Positions 27,841 to 44,373 of a DNA stretch of 64,000 nt are shown in pieces (the first letter of the stretch is position 1; the number at the start of each line of letters is the position of its first letter). The position numbers and the translations under genes are program-made. The DNA lies in assembly GCA_039545335.1 (NCBI GenBank), contig BCIN01000007.1:124001-188000 (forward strand). The letters run 5' to 3'. This DNA is from Kondoa subrosea. Its lineage: Eukaryota. Under the pieces are notes generated by a model, which made no database searches, had not been told where the DNA came from, and was given only the letters and a program-made list of their open reading frames with translations.

Positions 27841-30148
27841 TTACTGCGCCTCACTAACATCACTAGCAACAGATCCCGCTCGTTTGCCTCTTCCACCACC
27901 TTTCTTAGCCCTAGTAGCTTTCTTCACAGTGCTAGGTGGAGGGCTGATCGGTTCTCTTGAAACCTCCCTACTGGCAGCTGAAATTCGTTTTGATCTTCTT
28001 ACAGGCACAGCCTGGGTACCAGGTGTGGGTGGCTCAGGAGCTGATGCTCTTACATTTCTAGGTTTTCGGCTACTGGTCGATACTCTAGAAACAGGCGAGG
28101 AATTCTTGACTTGTCTCATTTCAGGTACATCATCTTCCTCTTCTGCTTCAGTAGCTGATTCTTGGGGTCTGCTAACAGCTTCAGCTTTAGAGCGAGCAGG
28201 AACTTCGTCTTCTTGATCCGAGGTAGAACCAAAAGCGCCAGGCAAGACTTTCCGTTTTGGTGTTTTCTGCTTCTCCTCCTCCGTTCGCTCTTGCTGTACT
28301 GGTTGTTCTTGTTCAGGTTGATCTTCATCCATCTTTTCTCCATCTTCTGTATCTGATTTACTTTGTTCTCTTTCTACAGCTCTCTTCTTTTCCCTTCCTG
28401 CTTTTTCTTTCGGTTCTGGTACACTGCGTTTCCCTTGCTTTTCACTAACGACAGGCGAAACTTGTCTTGATCTGTTTTCAGGTTGTTGTTGAGGTGAATA
28501 GAGCGCTCGAGGGGATTGTTGACCTTCTCTTTGTAATCTGAGTTGAGCAGGTAAACTCTTCAATTGAGCAGGAGCGTTATACTTTGGTTGATTAGAAGAA
28601 GAAGAAGGAGGAGCAGGTGATTTAGAAACAATCTTTTCTTTTTCTTGTACTCGAGTAAAAGGTGATCCACTTGTTATTGAATAGGAAGTAGAAGGTCTTG
28701 GTGAAGCTTTAGGTGAATTCGTGTTTGATGAGAAAGAAGGTTTCCGTAAAGGTGAATGGAGACGTAGCGCTTCTATTACATTCTTCATTCCTCCTGTTGA
28801 ATCTGCGGACCGGAAAGCAGGGGAAGCCGATAATGGAATATTCTGAGCAGATACTTTTTGCGTTGACGTGGAAGAAGAAGAAGGTGGTGCCCAAGGCAAT
28901 TGAGCTACTGTCGATTCTACTTCCATTGCTACATCTCCATTTCGTTGCGGTGGTTGTTCTTCAGTTTGCGAGATCGAGGAGTCTAATTCAGACATGACGC
29001 TTAGCAAACCTTTCTTCAGTAAAGCCCGTTTGCGAGCAGCTTCATTGTCTGAGGCTTTCAAAGCAGGACAATCAATAATCCGAGCTGCCTCAACATATCG
29101 ACCTTGAGCTATGAGACGAGTAAGGATCCAATCGGCGAGAAGATCGCGATTGGCAGGTTTGAGTGAGGAAGGTGGATTGGTAGCATAGGAGAGAGCTATC
29201 GAATCTTCTATAGCGTCAAAGGGAACATTAAGCAGCGCTTTCATCGATGGTTTAATGACTAGACCGGATTCATTTGCTGCTTGAAAATGTCAGTTTTGAG
29301 CATAGCGAAACACGGATGTATTCACCTCCTAGTGCAGTCGAAAAGACTGTGCGCACTAATTCTGCATGTTGAGAATCCATAGATCTAGCCCAACGAAGCG
29401 CTTCTGCTGCATCACCACTTTTGACGTAAGCTTCAACCACACTTCGAATTGCTTCAGGTGTTTCAATGCTAACTCGAGCTTGGCGTACGAAAGTGATCAG
29501 GTATTTCGGTGAAGCAGAGAGAAGATGTAGAATAGAGGGGAGAAACTGCGAGTACGGATCAAACGAGAGCTGCGTAACTTGAACTGAAAATCGCGTACAT
29601 CTGGTACCACTCCTGGAAAAGCCAATGATCTTACACCAGCCTGTTTCAGAGATTCTATCATCTATCAATGGGCGAGAACAAGTATTGCTTACACCTATCC
29701 GATCGTGATCAAGCTGCCAGTAGCCCTCGGTCGACTTGAGGAAACTCTGAGGTATACAATGTTCTTCAGCGAAATCCATTGCAGCTTGTTTCGATTGATC
29801 CAAATGCAAGTAGTACCTGGGCTAGACATGAAAATGTGCAAGAGAAGCTTGCGAGGATGAGCTTTACTGTATACATTGTTTCTCAAGTGTCGCGAAGACT
29901 GTAGATTCCTGGACCATTCTGAGCAGACTTGAGGCTTGCATATCGGTTTGCGGTGGATAGAGCCACGATTCTATGCACTCTCTGTCAGCCTTGCAGTCTA
30001 TGGTCTTGAGTAATATTATTCTCTCCCACTTACCATCGTTTTGGATGCCAGCCAATTCTAGCAAATGGTCTATCAGCAGTCTACCATCCAGGCATCGTGT
30101 TCTCGCAATGTGCTGTGCTTGTTCGGATGCAACTGCTTCGACTTCCAT
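27841..30148 (-). CDS. ELYS-domain nucleoporin (nuclear pore assembly protein) with a long disordered C-terminus
   Basis: YPP...K.CI.YYLHLD...FA....IP...GYWQLDH pattern of the fungal ELYS domain; S/P/E/K-rich tail with basic NLS-like end. Start codon tentative. Confidence 0.75.
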
Positions 30149-30547
30149 CGTTGTGACAGGAAGACCAGATTCATTTGGTCTGCAAGCTTACCTACCTCGG
30201 CCTAGCTATAAGAGCTACAATAAGGGATCATCACGGAAGCTCTAGAATATGCAGCATTGGGATGATTAGACAACTGGACTTCAATTGGTGTCGGCATGTA
30301 TTGGTAACGAAATCGCATGATTCTTAAGAGTCAAGACCTGGACTTCCTGGTCAACAGGCCGCTACAGGATCGTAGAGGCTACCTGTTGGTTCTATATAAC
30401 TTGTTGTGCTTTCGTTTGCTTCGCTGTTCCTTTGTTCTCGCATTCATCGAACCTATTCAACGACATCAAAGGCTTTCCTCCTAACTACGATACCTCTGCC
30501 TTCACAAGAAAAGCTAGGCGGCTTGAAGACTCCTCTTCGTAGCTCCG

Positions 30548-32089
30548 ATGTCTCTACCTTTGCCTGAACTGATCCTAGAACATCAGCACTATACAAGAGC
30601 AACAGTTCCCGCCCATCTTTTCCACGAGAAGATCAGTCCTTATCCACAGGTCGACTTTGGAGGCATCTCTCACTGCCTCTTCGTCTCCATCAGCGCTTTA
30701 CTCAATACCGTTACCCGCGATCTGATCGAAATCCCTCAACTTCGTGAGGTCTTGCGCAAAATCAAAATGAATCATAGACCAGAAGTTCTTGCAACTCTTC
30801 AAGATATCGACCGTATTGCTCTAGCTTACGATTCTGTAGTTCTCGAGTACCGTTCAAGACCAAAAGATGTNTTGGCTGANGTTTANGCTCAAGTTTTAGA
30901 AGTTGCAAAAACNCAATTNTCTNATGCTGGAATCGATNCTTTCAAACATTTTGTTATTGGTATTTCAAGATGGGATGGGAAAGATGGTCATGCTTCNATC
31001 TTACNAGCTTGTCGTTGCAAANANCCTTGCTTGAATCGTTGTTTGCATCGCCTCGTTCATGGTCGATGCGCTGCTGACTGCAAGCATAAGCCAACACATT
31101 TTGTTGAATATCAATATCATACAAAAGGCGAAATCAGAGATGTCGGAGCGGAAAATTTCGTAGGTGATGAAGAAGGTCGAAGGAAATATATTTCGCTCTG
31201 GTGGTTCAAGAATCCTGTTTTGGCCATCAGTAAAGTTAGAAAGCTAAAGCAGAGGACTCAGGATATGCGAAGGTAGCTGTAGCAACTTTCCTGATTAACG
31301 ATTACTGAAGGGTTTGACAGATTAACCATTTGTATCGCTCACCTTCTATCCAGTACTCAATACAAGATTATAGCTATCCCCGAAATCAAGCATTGGCATC
31401 GCAAGCAATGTAATACGCCCACCAATGTGGAAGAAGATCTTTCGCAACTCAAAGCAAAACTTCAAGATTGCTTTGCCTATCATTCGCTTACGATTTTCTT
31501 TGAAACCAAAAGTGAAGCGTGGACTATACATACAAAGTCTGGTGTGAAGAAAGAAAGCGACTCTTTCCGAGCTGTTGCTCAGGCGATCAAATCGAGATTC
31601 AGTTTTACGAAGCCAGATCAATACATCGTATGCGTGTTCAAAGCTGATCATGATCGACATGCTTCTTTGGTTACTTTTGAGAACGATTCATGCAAATTTT
31701 GGTACTGCGGTAGGTTTCCACTTTTGACCTCTTCACAGACTCATTTCTTTATCTTAGATCAGTCGAATGGACCCCTTCATCTTGATAACGACTACGTTCG
31801 CACACATCTCAAAGACACTTTCTATCTCTTCTGCTTAACACCAAATGCACATCAATCAGCTCCGTCCAAAGTTGCAAGCATTTATCGTTCCATGAAGCAC
31901 AAAGAAGCTTCTCTTTCGGCTTTAGAAGCAGATATTCAAGACGTGATAGAACATTCACATGGTAAACCCAAGTCTGAACATTGGCAGTCTACTTTCGGAA
32001 AGGATCATTCGGCGAAAGCTTTGCGCATTCCCGCCAACCCGAGTCGCTCTTCTACAACTTCCCATGCTGTACGGAGAGTGAACAAGTAG
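30548..32089 (+). CDS. Hypothetical protein (orphan; possible tandem papain-like domains)
   Basis: TATA-like CTATATAA near 30392; two long ORFs joined in frame by intron 31273-31320. Confidence 0.65.
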
Positions 32090-32369
32090 GTCCAGAGTCG
32101 AGTCGGCCTGGACAGACTACTCGACTTCTGCTCTTACAAGTTTTCGTATGTCCAGTCCGACTGATTTACATCACCATAGTATAGTGTATTAGATCTGGCC
32201 TTGCTATAGACATAATCTTGCTGTCTTGGCATAATTTGAAATTTCATGCAATTCTTTCATTTCGCGACATCCATTCATCACTTTTTTATTGACGCTGGCC
32301 TTGCTATACCACAGATTGTTGAGAGTAGCACCACTTAGATTGTTCTCTACACCTGCTCTAATAGCCAGA

Positions 32370-34695
32370 ATGTCTTCTACTATGGCATCAACATCCGCTT
32401 CGAATCATCCTCTATTTTCAAATTTGACACCTCATTTACCTACTTTAGCAGAAGCAGAACCTACGAAAATTGCTTTGGATGCTTTCAGACTAGCCGCTGC
32501 TATTCAATTAGCTAAACATTTCGATATTGAATTGTCAAAAGCATTCACAGATATTGAAACAGGCAAGAAAGGTCTGTTCCACGTCGTATCATAGAGTAAA
32601 AGAATACTTACTGGGAAAGAAACAGGTTATGATTTGAATATTCCTATACCCAAATTGAAGATTAAGGGAGATTCGAAAAAGATGGCACAGGAATTAGCAG
32701 CCAATGTCAGTTTCATTTTCCCAATCAAGGACATATACTGGTGTTAAATGGCAGTGACTCATTCTTATCATTTAATAGTTCGAAGCAAATGATTATCTGG
32801 AAGGAGTCGAAGTCAATGGTATCAACGTATCATGGCGATTCAGAACATCAACATTAGCTAAACTCGTCCTTAATCAAGTGAATGAATTAACGCATTATAA
32901 ACCTCAAGGTTCAGATCAAGAAGAGAAACCTTGTTACGGATGCAATACTTCTGGTTCAGGGAAGCATGTGGTTATCGATTACTCATCACCAAATATTGCT
33001 AAACCTTTTCATGCTGGTCATTTAAGGTCAACAATCATTGGTGCTACTTTAGCTAATTTGTACGAAGCGAATGGATGGAAAGTTACAAGATTCAATTATT
33101 TAGGTGATTGGGGAAAACAATTTGGGATCTTGGCTGTTGGATTTGATAAATATGGAAGTGAAGAAGAATTGGAAAAAGATGCTATTACTCATTTATACCA
33201 TGTTTATGTCAAGATCAATACCGATGCATCGAAAGAGGAAGCGGATTGGTTAGTCAAGAACAGAGCGGAAAGGAGAGAAAAGGGTGAAGAGAATGTTCCT
33301 GCTGATGGAGTTGATGCAACTCAAGAAGAAAGGAGGGAAGCGAATGCCAATTCTCCAACGCAAAATGCTGCCAGAAAGATCTTTGGTCGCATGGAAGCAG
33401 GTGCGATCATTGATCTGCTCGGCAGTTTACATTGCTGAGTATAGTCCATATCGATGTGTACAGGCGATAAAGAAGCTCTAGCGATATGGACTCGATTTCG
33501 TGATCTGTCCATCGCCAAGTACAAAGAAGTTTACGCTCGTCTCAACATTTCCTTCGACATCTATTCCGGAGAATCTCAAGTTACAATGCAAGGTCAATTG
33601 GATGCGATTGCACAACTCAAAGAAGCTGGTCTAGCTTCGATAGATAAAGGAGCTACCATTATTGATTTGGAGAAATACAAGCTTGGTAAAACTGTGCTTC
33701 AGAAAAAGGATGGAACAACCATCTATATTTCTCGAGATATTGCTGGAGCGAAAGAGAAGTTTGAGCAATATGCGTTTGATAAAATGCTTTATGTCGTAGC
33801 TGTGAGTCACCAATGCTGCTTTTGCGAGGGATGTCCTCTAAACAGATGGAGTGTCGGCTCACAGTCACCTCAAGAACTTCATTTCGCTCAGCTATTCAAA
33901 GTCCTAAATCTCATGGGCTACGAATGGGCAGATCGATGTCAATACATTTCGTTCGGAATGATCACTGGCATGTCTACTCGAAAAGGAACTTCAGTCTTCT
34001 TGGAACAGATCTTGGACGAAGCTAAAGATACGATGCATGAACAAATGCAGAAGACGGCAGATAAATATAGTCAGATCGAAGATCCTATGTACACGAGTGA
34101 TGTATTGGGGATGTCTGCAGTGAAGATCCAGGTGCGGAGTCATGAAGTAATTAGCAAAGTCGCTTGCTTAAATTCTCTTGACTTGTACAGGATATGAGCG
34201 CCAAACGAGTCAACAACTACAACTTTGATTGGGCTCGGATGACAAATTTCTTGGGTGATACTGGACCGTAAGTCAATTCATTCTACCCTTTAATCAACGC
34301 CGACCGTTTGATACAGATACCTTCAATACGCTCATGTTCGAGTATCGTCAATCGTCAGGAAAGCTGGACCTGATGTAGTCCTACCACCTCCGGATCAAAT
34401 CATTTCCAAGATCAACACTTCTCTACTCACTGAACAAAAAGCTCGAGATGTATTACTCATCATTGCTGCGTACCCAGATGTAGTCAAGACTGCCCTGAAA
34501 GTTCAAGAACCTTCAACGATTGTGAATTGGTGTTGGAGACTCACGCACGCTGTGAGTAGTGCGTATGAAGTGTTGATTGTTAAAGGTCAAGAGGAGGAAG
34601 TCGCTTTGGCTAGGTTGTTGCTTTACGTGTGCGCAAAGGATGCGTTGGCGGGTGCTATGAGGTTGCTAACGCTAGTGCCTTTGGAGAGGATGTAA
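32370..34695 (+). CDS. RARS: Arginyl-tRNA synthetase, copy 2 (complete; possible non-AUG extension from 32289)
   Basis: Same motifs as copy 1 plus N-terminal exons (MSSTMAST...; YDLNIPIPKLK). Stop at 34693-34695. Confidence 0.97.
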
Positions 34696-34795
34696 TTGCA
34701 TTACTAGATCAGAATCATTTCCAATTGCGTGCACACTTCATAGAATTGTAGAATCTGCATGCTTGTCTCCATACCTCGATACCCTTCAACCAAAC

Positions 34796-35439
34796 ATGGA
34801 AGCTCGTCGTTCAACTTATTCACCTTCTTATCAAGTCTCATTGAATTCCTGCTTGTCCTCATTACAATCATGCAATACTTCAGCGAGTTCTCATTTCTTG
34901 TATTTTGTTCGAACCTTGTCTTATCATTTACGCGTGCCTGTGTATAGCTGGGCAAATCCATCTCTATCCTATCTACAGCTACTTCAGATTTCCCTCGTCT
35001 AAGTCGTGTACTCAATAACGAACGCGTTTGTTTCCTTTTCTCATTACCTATGGTTTTGGCTGATTTCACTGATGACAGTGCTATGAATTAGTTACTGCTT
35101 CTGAGATAAGAGCAGCTCAATATTCTATAGCGAGCGAAATTGAACCACAAATTAAAGAATTGATTGCTTTAGCTGAGAATGGGTTGGAGAGTTTAAGATC
35201 CAAGGAGAAAATATTAGCTGCAAAGGTCAGTTCTGTTCTTATTGTTTTCATTATGTATGATTCGATAAGATTGATTCTGACAGGAGTCACAACGAACTGC
35301 TTTGAAAGCTAAAGAAAGTAATTTAGCGGAATTGGAAGCTAGGTTGAAAGTTGTTAGAGCAGAAAAGGAGAGGTTGAGTTTAAAGAATGAAGAGTTGGAA
35401 CATGAGTTGAAGAAGAAGACTAGACAGGCAAATCGTTGA
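34796..35439 (+). CDS. SPC19: DASH complex subunit Spc19, copy 2
   Basis: Essentially identical to 1856-2499. Confidence 0.88.
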
Positions 35440-35510
35440 AGTCACAATTGAGTGAGTTTTCAAACGCAAGATTTATGTTATACATTTGACTGATATGAAG
35501 TCTAGAAAGA

Positions 35511-36289
35511 CTATGAATGATCTGGTCCAGCAGATTTCTTCTGTTCCATTCTCTGTCGCATAATTTTACCTCCAACCTTTGGAAGAAATGCAAATGTCAG
35601 TCATAATGAAAGCGAATATCTTACAAGTTCAGCTCACGTTCCGCAGATTCTGTTCAGCTCGCTTCACACCTAGCTTCACCGCCTTGTCATAAGAATGCAA
35701 AGCTTCCTCGTATATTTCTGCTGCTTCAGCCATCACACCATGGCTGTCCAAGATCAGTTAAATTCAAGCTCGAAGGAGATCTCTGAGGAAAGACCTACTT
35801 GAAAGCAATCTCTCCATCTTCATTGGACAAACTACTGGCTTTCCTAATATGGTCCAATGCTTGTCTCTTATCTTCTTGCGATGCATTTGGTTTCAACATC
35901 AAAGCCGAAGACAAATTACAACATAAATCCGCAAGTTCAAGCTTTTCTTCCCTATTCAATTGCAACTTGGAAGCTTTTTGTAAAGCTTCGTTCCAAGTCT
36001 GGATAGCTTGATCAGTTGAACCAGTTTCTTGGTAGAGTACACCTAAATTGTAAAGAGGTGTTATAGTTTTGGGATTGATTCTAGAAGCAGTCGTATAATG
36101 TTGAATAGCTAAATCTTGATTGGATTCACCTAAAGCTTTGAAGGCGCTGGCCATTGTGTTCTCATATTCGATGTTCGCTCCAGGATTTGTAGCAAAGATC
36201 CCTTCTGCTGGAATAGCATATCGTCTTTTTAACAGTGATGGTTGCACTCGCGGTAGTAGATGCCGTGTAAAAGACCTGATAGCTGCCAT
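35511..36289 (-). CDS. TPR-repeat protein with mitochondrial-type presequence, copy 2
   Basis: Counterpart of 2575-3353; mostly synonymous differences. Confidence 0.8.
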
Positions 36290-36351
36290 CACAAGCTCGT
36301 GGATTCAGAACAAGATCTTGGTTCGCAAGTTTGCTCTCAAACATCGATGCG

Positions 36352-38247
36352 ATGAAGTACCACTGACTTGTTTGGCTTCTGATCAGAAGAATGAATACCT
36401 AGTAATAGCTTTCAATACTCATATTCAATTGATCTCTCAATCGCCCGGTCCTTCTCTCTTGCTTTTTATTGGAATCTGTCTGATCTCATTTCTTTGGTCT
36501 GTGCACAGGTCAAAGGAGATACTGGCTTCTACTATCGATGCACCATTAGATCAACAACATAAATCACCTGTTCGCTTTATTGCTTGTTCGGATAAACATG
36601 TGGTTACTACTTCAGAAGACAAATCACTCAAAGTTTGGTCCATTCCAAAGTTGGATTTACTTTCCACTAGGTAAAGCCTATCACTTTTACAAGCAGTATC
36701 ATCCGCGTAAGATTGATTATGGATTTACAGAACATTGAATCGGAAAGCTAATGCACTCAAATTGGAAGCCAACAACGAGAATATAGTGATAGCTGATAAA
36801 TTCGGTGATATCTATCGTTACCCTGTTGAATATACCGAACCTTCTTTACCTCTTCCAATTGAAGAAGAAGAAAAGACCAAGAAGAAAAAAGATGGTTCAA
36901 CGAAAAAGAAAGAAATGGAACCTTTGTTAGGACATGTTTCGGTAGTTACTGATGTGTGTTTGATTGATGGAGGGAAGAAAATCGTTACTTGCGATAGGGA
37001 TGAACATGTTAGAGTTTCAAAATGGCCTCAAGGTTATGATATTGTTGCTTTCTTGTTTGGTCATACTAGGTCAGTTTCTGGGTTCTCCATTCATCTCTTG
37101 GAATGTAACTCAGGCCTCAGGACTTTGACAGATTCGTTTCTGCTTTACTCCTTTATAAAAATTGTCTTCTTACTGCTGGAGGGGATCTTGATATTTTCGT
37201 CTTCGATTTGACCAAAATGGCCCAAAAGAAATTAATCGATGTAGCAGAAATGAAGGCTTATGTTTTGGTCAAACACGAGAAAAAGACTGCAACCAAAGTA
37301 TTGGGTAGAAAGAAGGGCAAGAAAGCATCTAGAATCGCAAAGGGAAAAGAGAAAGAACAAGAAGAAGTGGAAGGAGAGCAAGAAGAACAGATGGAGATTG
37401 TCATTACTCCTCAAGAGGAAGAAGCTCAAGAACCAGATCTGATGAACGAGAAAGAGTCTGCAGCTACTCAAGATGCAAATGAAGGAGAAGAAGTATCTAA
37501 AGCCGAAGATTCTTCAACTGAAAAGGACACAAGAGCGATTCTGATCCGAAAGATGCTCAATGTCAAGGATGATCTGATAGCCTTTTTCTCTACCGGGTAA
37601 GTTCAGATATAGCTGCCGTTGTGGTAAACAAGAGCTCATTGTTTCGCAGATCTACTGCTATTGGATTCTTCAATCTTGAGAAAGAGGATCCCGAGGTCCA
37701 ATACCTCGACCTGATTCATCCTATCCTTGACATGTGCCTGCTTGCAAACGGTCGTATACTTGTTTCTTTGGATGTCTCGAGATCAAATCTTGGTACAACC
37801 TCAACAACGCCAGATCAGAATTGCCTCGTATTGGAGACTGTGAACGGCGTCGTGAGTCGAATAAATACTGTATATCCTTTCACTAAAGAAGCATCGGTAG
37901 CTCGCTCGGGTCGATGATGTTTTGGCAATCGTAATTCAAGAGAAACTATCTATGCAAGGTAAATTGCTCTGCTTGTGTGATTTGGTACAGCTCAGATACC
38001 TTTAACAGCTTCCGAATCTACACCATACCCAACTTTCGACTCGCTGTATTCAGATCTCTACCTCTTACAGAAAGATCCTTCGAATACCTTACCTGAAGAA
38101 GATGAACCAATAGCTTCAAGAACTGGTCCTAGACAATCGAAACCTGGTGGAACTACCGCTCAAGAGAAGAAAGAAGCTAAGAAAGCCAGGAAAAGACAGA
38201 AATTAGATCATCAGACTGAAGAAGCGAAAGATGAAGTCAAGGCATGA
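36352..38247 (+). CDS. TRM82: Trm82/WDR4, copy 2 (apparent frameshift at codon 3)
   Basis: Counterpart of 3416-5311, but reads ATG AAG TAC CAC TGA; the rest of the frame is intact. Confidence 0.85.
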
Positions 38248-38594
38248 AAATGTCAGATCTCATATTTCACGCGACCTTGCTGCCTACCTGCCACCATCAC
38301 ATCATGAAATGTCCACTTTGCCACCCTAAAGCGCTTCGTTTTTGCCTTTGCTTTTACCTAGGCAGCACTTCGGGAAGGAAAAGACCTTGGGCCTTTCCAT
38401 AATTGGTTTATGGGGCCACTGTAGATTCGCCAACCCTACTCACCTGGTAATGACCTGTGGATAGTGTATTTGTGCCCATCTCTTAGTCCGTACATGGCGA
38501 TCATAGCATACCAAGCTGCCGGGCGGGATGCAATCTTTCTCTTTCTCCTCTCTTCCTTAGTCTCATCATTTTCTATTCCTTCAGTTTAGCAGCC

Positions 38595-38858
38595 ATGGAT
38601 CTTGCTGCTCAAATTGCGGGTCTCGCTTCTAGCCTAGAAGGCTTCTTGCACTCCAACGTTCCCAAGAGCACGATCAAGCAGCTTATCTTTTCAGCTGTCA
38701 TGAATCTTACAGCGACTACCGTATACCTCTTTGCATTGGGTTATGAGCTGTATACCAAAAGAGGAAAGAACTGGGTTCTCAGATTCGCAACAGATCAAAA
38801 GGGAAAATACCTCATGTTCGTGCAATCTCGTTTTGAATTTTCAAGATGCTACAAGTAA
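38595..38858 (+). pseudogene. Short or truncated membrane-protein gene fragment, copy 2
   Basis: Divergent counterpart of 5626-5883. Confidence 0.35.
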
Positions 38859-39172
38859 TGCATTTCGTAGGACCAATGCATCGTGATTTGCCATCGAAGT
38901 CGGCTGATGTAACTCATCTCTAGAAAACGATTTTCAAGGATGAGCCTCGCAAGAGCTTAGACGACTATGAGCCGGATCACTTCACGTCAGCTCGGAACCT
39001 CGACTAAAGCTATGTGACAATTTGTCATTCTGTATCGGAAACAACACCTGAGCGAAAGAAAAGACATGAGGGGCATCTGGAAGGCTGCTGTAGAATAAGG
39101 GTTTCATTGCTGTAACAAAAAATATAGAACTGATGTACATTATGCAATCACTGTCGTTACAAAGAAACAACT

Positions 39173-42154
<2,982 letters not shown>

Positions 42155-42403
42155 CGTTCCTTTTTTGAAGAAGTCGGTTTATGGAAGAGAGATCAAGTGC
42201 TTTGGGCTGGAACAAGCAGCAAAGTGTTATTCCCGTCGCAGGTAAGCGCAAAACAGTCCGGGGGGCGGCTGAAATGTACGCGCGGGCTTAAGGGGGAAAA
42301 ACTGGAGTAAGTGGTCCTTAATTCCGTTGGAGAGAAGACTCAATATAGTTGACATTGTTGACAAAGAGGATACATTATGGGCAGAAACACAGCATATTTA
42401 ACT

Positions 42404-44373
42404 TTACAATGATTTGTAGACTGCAGCTTCGCAATCCAACCATGGACCGAGTACCTTTGGATCGTTGAAAGGCAGCGATTGGGACAGAATCATATTAGCA
42501 ACACCCTTCTTATAGTCCGCGACCCAGTAGAGGCTGTCCGAAACTATAAGTCGGGTATTCCATTGCATAAGTAGTAGCTTACTTTGCGAGACCAGCCCAC
42601 TTAGAAACAGGTGAGCGGATCAGAAGGAGTGCAGGGAGCAGCAAACTTACCCATACAGATCCCGCACTTCGCCCGGTTGGTAAAGGATCATCAACAATAA
42701 GGAAAGACAATCCCTGAAATCAAGTCAGCAACGATCACATCGCAGTGAATAATACTGACCCAGCCTTTCTTGAGTCCAGGCATCATGTGTACCGGCAGAG
42801 TAAGGTCACTGTGCAAGAATCAGTCGGATCATAGCAGACTTTCAATGGAAACTGACGCTCGAGGGTTCGGAATCGCTTTAGAATACAGCAATGAGACTAG
42901 TCACACGCTATCAGGAAGCGCACATACGTCTCTCTAGTGGATTATCCGCAGGTAGATCGCCCAATTGATCGGTCAACATCATCTTTAGGGTTTCGGATTT
43001 GATGATTCGTTTGCCATTTGCGCCAACACCATCGTTAACTAATGGACTCTGAGCCAGTTGATAATACGATACTTAGAGGCCTTACTGAGTACATTGACGA
43101 CCTTCAGATAGCTAGCACCGCAGTTTGGATAAAGCCAGATCACTAAGTAAATGCACTTACTCTCCAACAGTCGAGGTACAGCCCGCTCCTGAAGTCGAAC
43201 ACCATCAGCTTACGCTCAGCAACGACACAAGTAGGGCTCACCTCCACTATCGAATTCTGCTTTACTAGTATGCATACCCATGTGATCTAGAACCCGTTTA
43301 GCTGCAAGTCAATTGCTTGCTATCTAGGGACCTACCTCTGCTAGTCAACTTATCGTCAGTGGAGCGAGCATGCATGCCAACAAATCGATCAGCTTGAGCT
43401 GGATTGACCTATACCTTAGATTAGTAAGGGCCAAACAGTACAAATTGGAAACATCTTCACTCCAAATTGGATTTCTCCACAACCCAGAGGCTCAAAGATG
43501 TTCTTCTTGCAGTATTCTCCCAAAGTCATGCCAGAAACTGTTACCAATATCAGCGGATGCTCATTTGGTATATGTAGATATTACCTTTCTCGAGTACTTG
43601 ACCGGCCCCTGTATATATGATCAGTTATAGTAGCATGGCTATGAGATACAGCACGTACAGTCAATTCCAGTAGAGTAGTACCAATCCGTACCAGGTTCTC
43701 TTAAAAGAGGCAAACCAAACGTTCCTTCTTTCGAACCATCGAATTCATCATGTCCAGACTTCTTGTAGTGTTCATTGAGGGGTTCATCAAAGAAAGTATA
43801 GCCAAACCCAGCGGTATGTGTGAGTAAATGACGCAGGGTGATCTTGGTCTTTGGTTTTTCGCCAGAAGGAAGCTTCAATTCTCCAAGAGCAGGTAGGTAT
43901 TTCTCAGCTGGTTCGTCCAAGCTGATCTTGCCTTGCTCTACAAGTTGCATGCAGGCCATTGAAGCGATCATCTGTTGGCGCCGGGTCAGGCGTGTCCGTG
44001 ATTATCAGCTAACACTATACCTTGGTACAAGACCAGATTGGGAAGACTTGATAGCATATTAGAGACTCTTTGAACTACTAGACACTAGCTCACCTGAATC
44101 TACAGTCATCTAGTCTGAAAGTTCAGCAACGCATAAACAAATCAATTAAGATAGAAAGCTTACGGCCTTGTCCGGATTCTTCAAATCTCTTACACCGGCA
44201 GCAGCACTAGCCAAAGTCTTGCCAGTCTTGTCAATAGCGGCGAAAACGATTCCAGCAGGTCCACCTTTCGCGTTGACCGTGTCGTCCAAGATTTTCTGTA
44301 CGCTTTCTTGAGCTCCACCAGAATCAACCTTGAGGTCTTTCAATGTAGATGAGAGTGTTGCTGGTTCCGCCAT
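42404..44373 (-). CDS. Beta-lactamase-family serine hydrolase, copy 2
   Basis: Counterpart of 9430-11410; SCTK and LLTHTAG intact. Confidence 0.92.
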
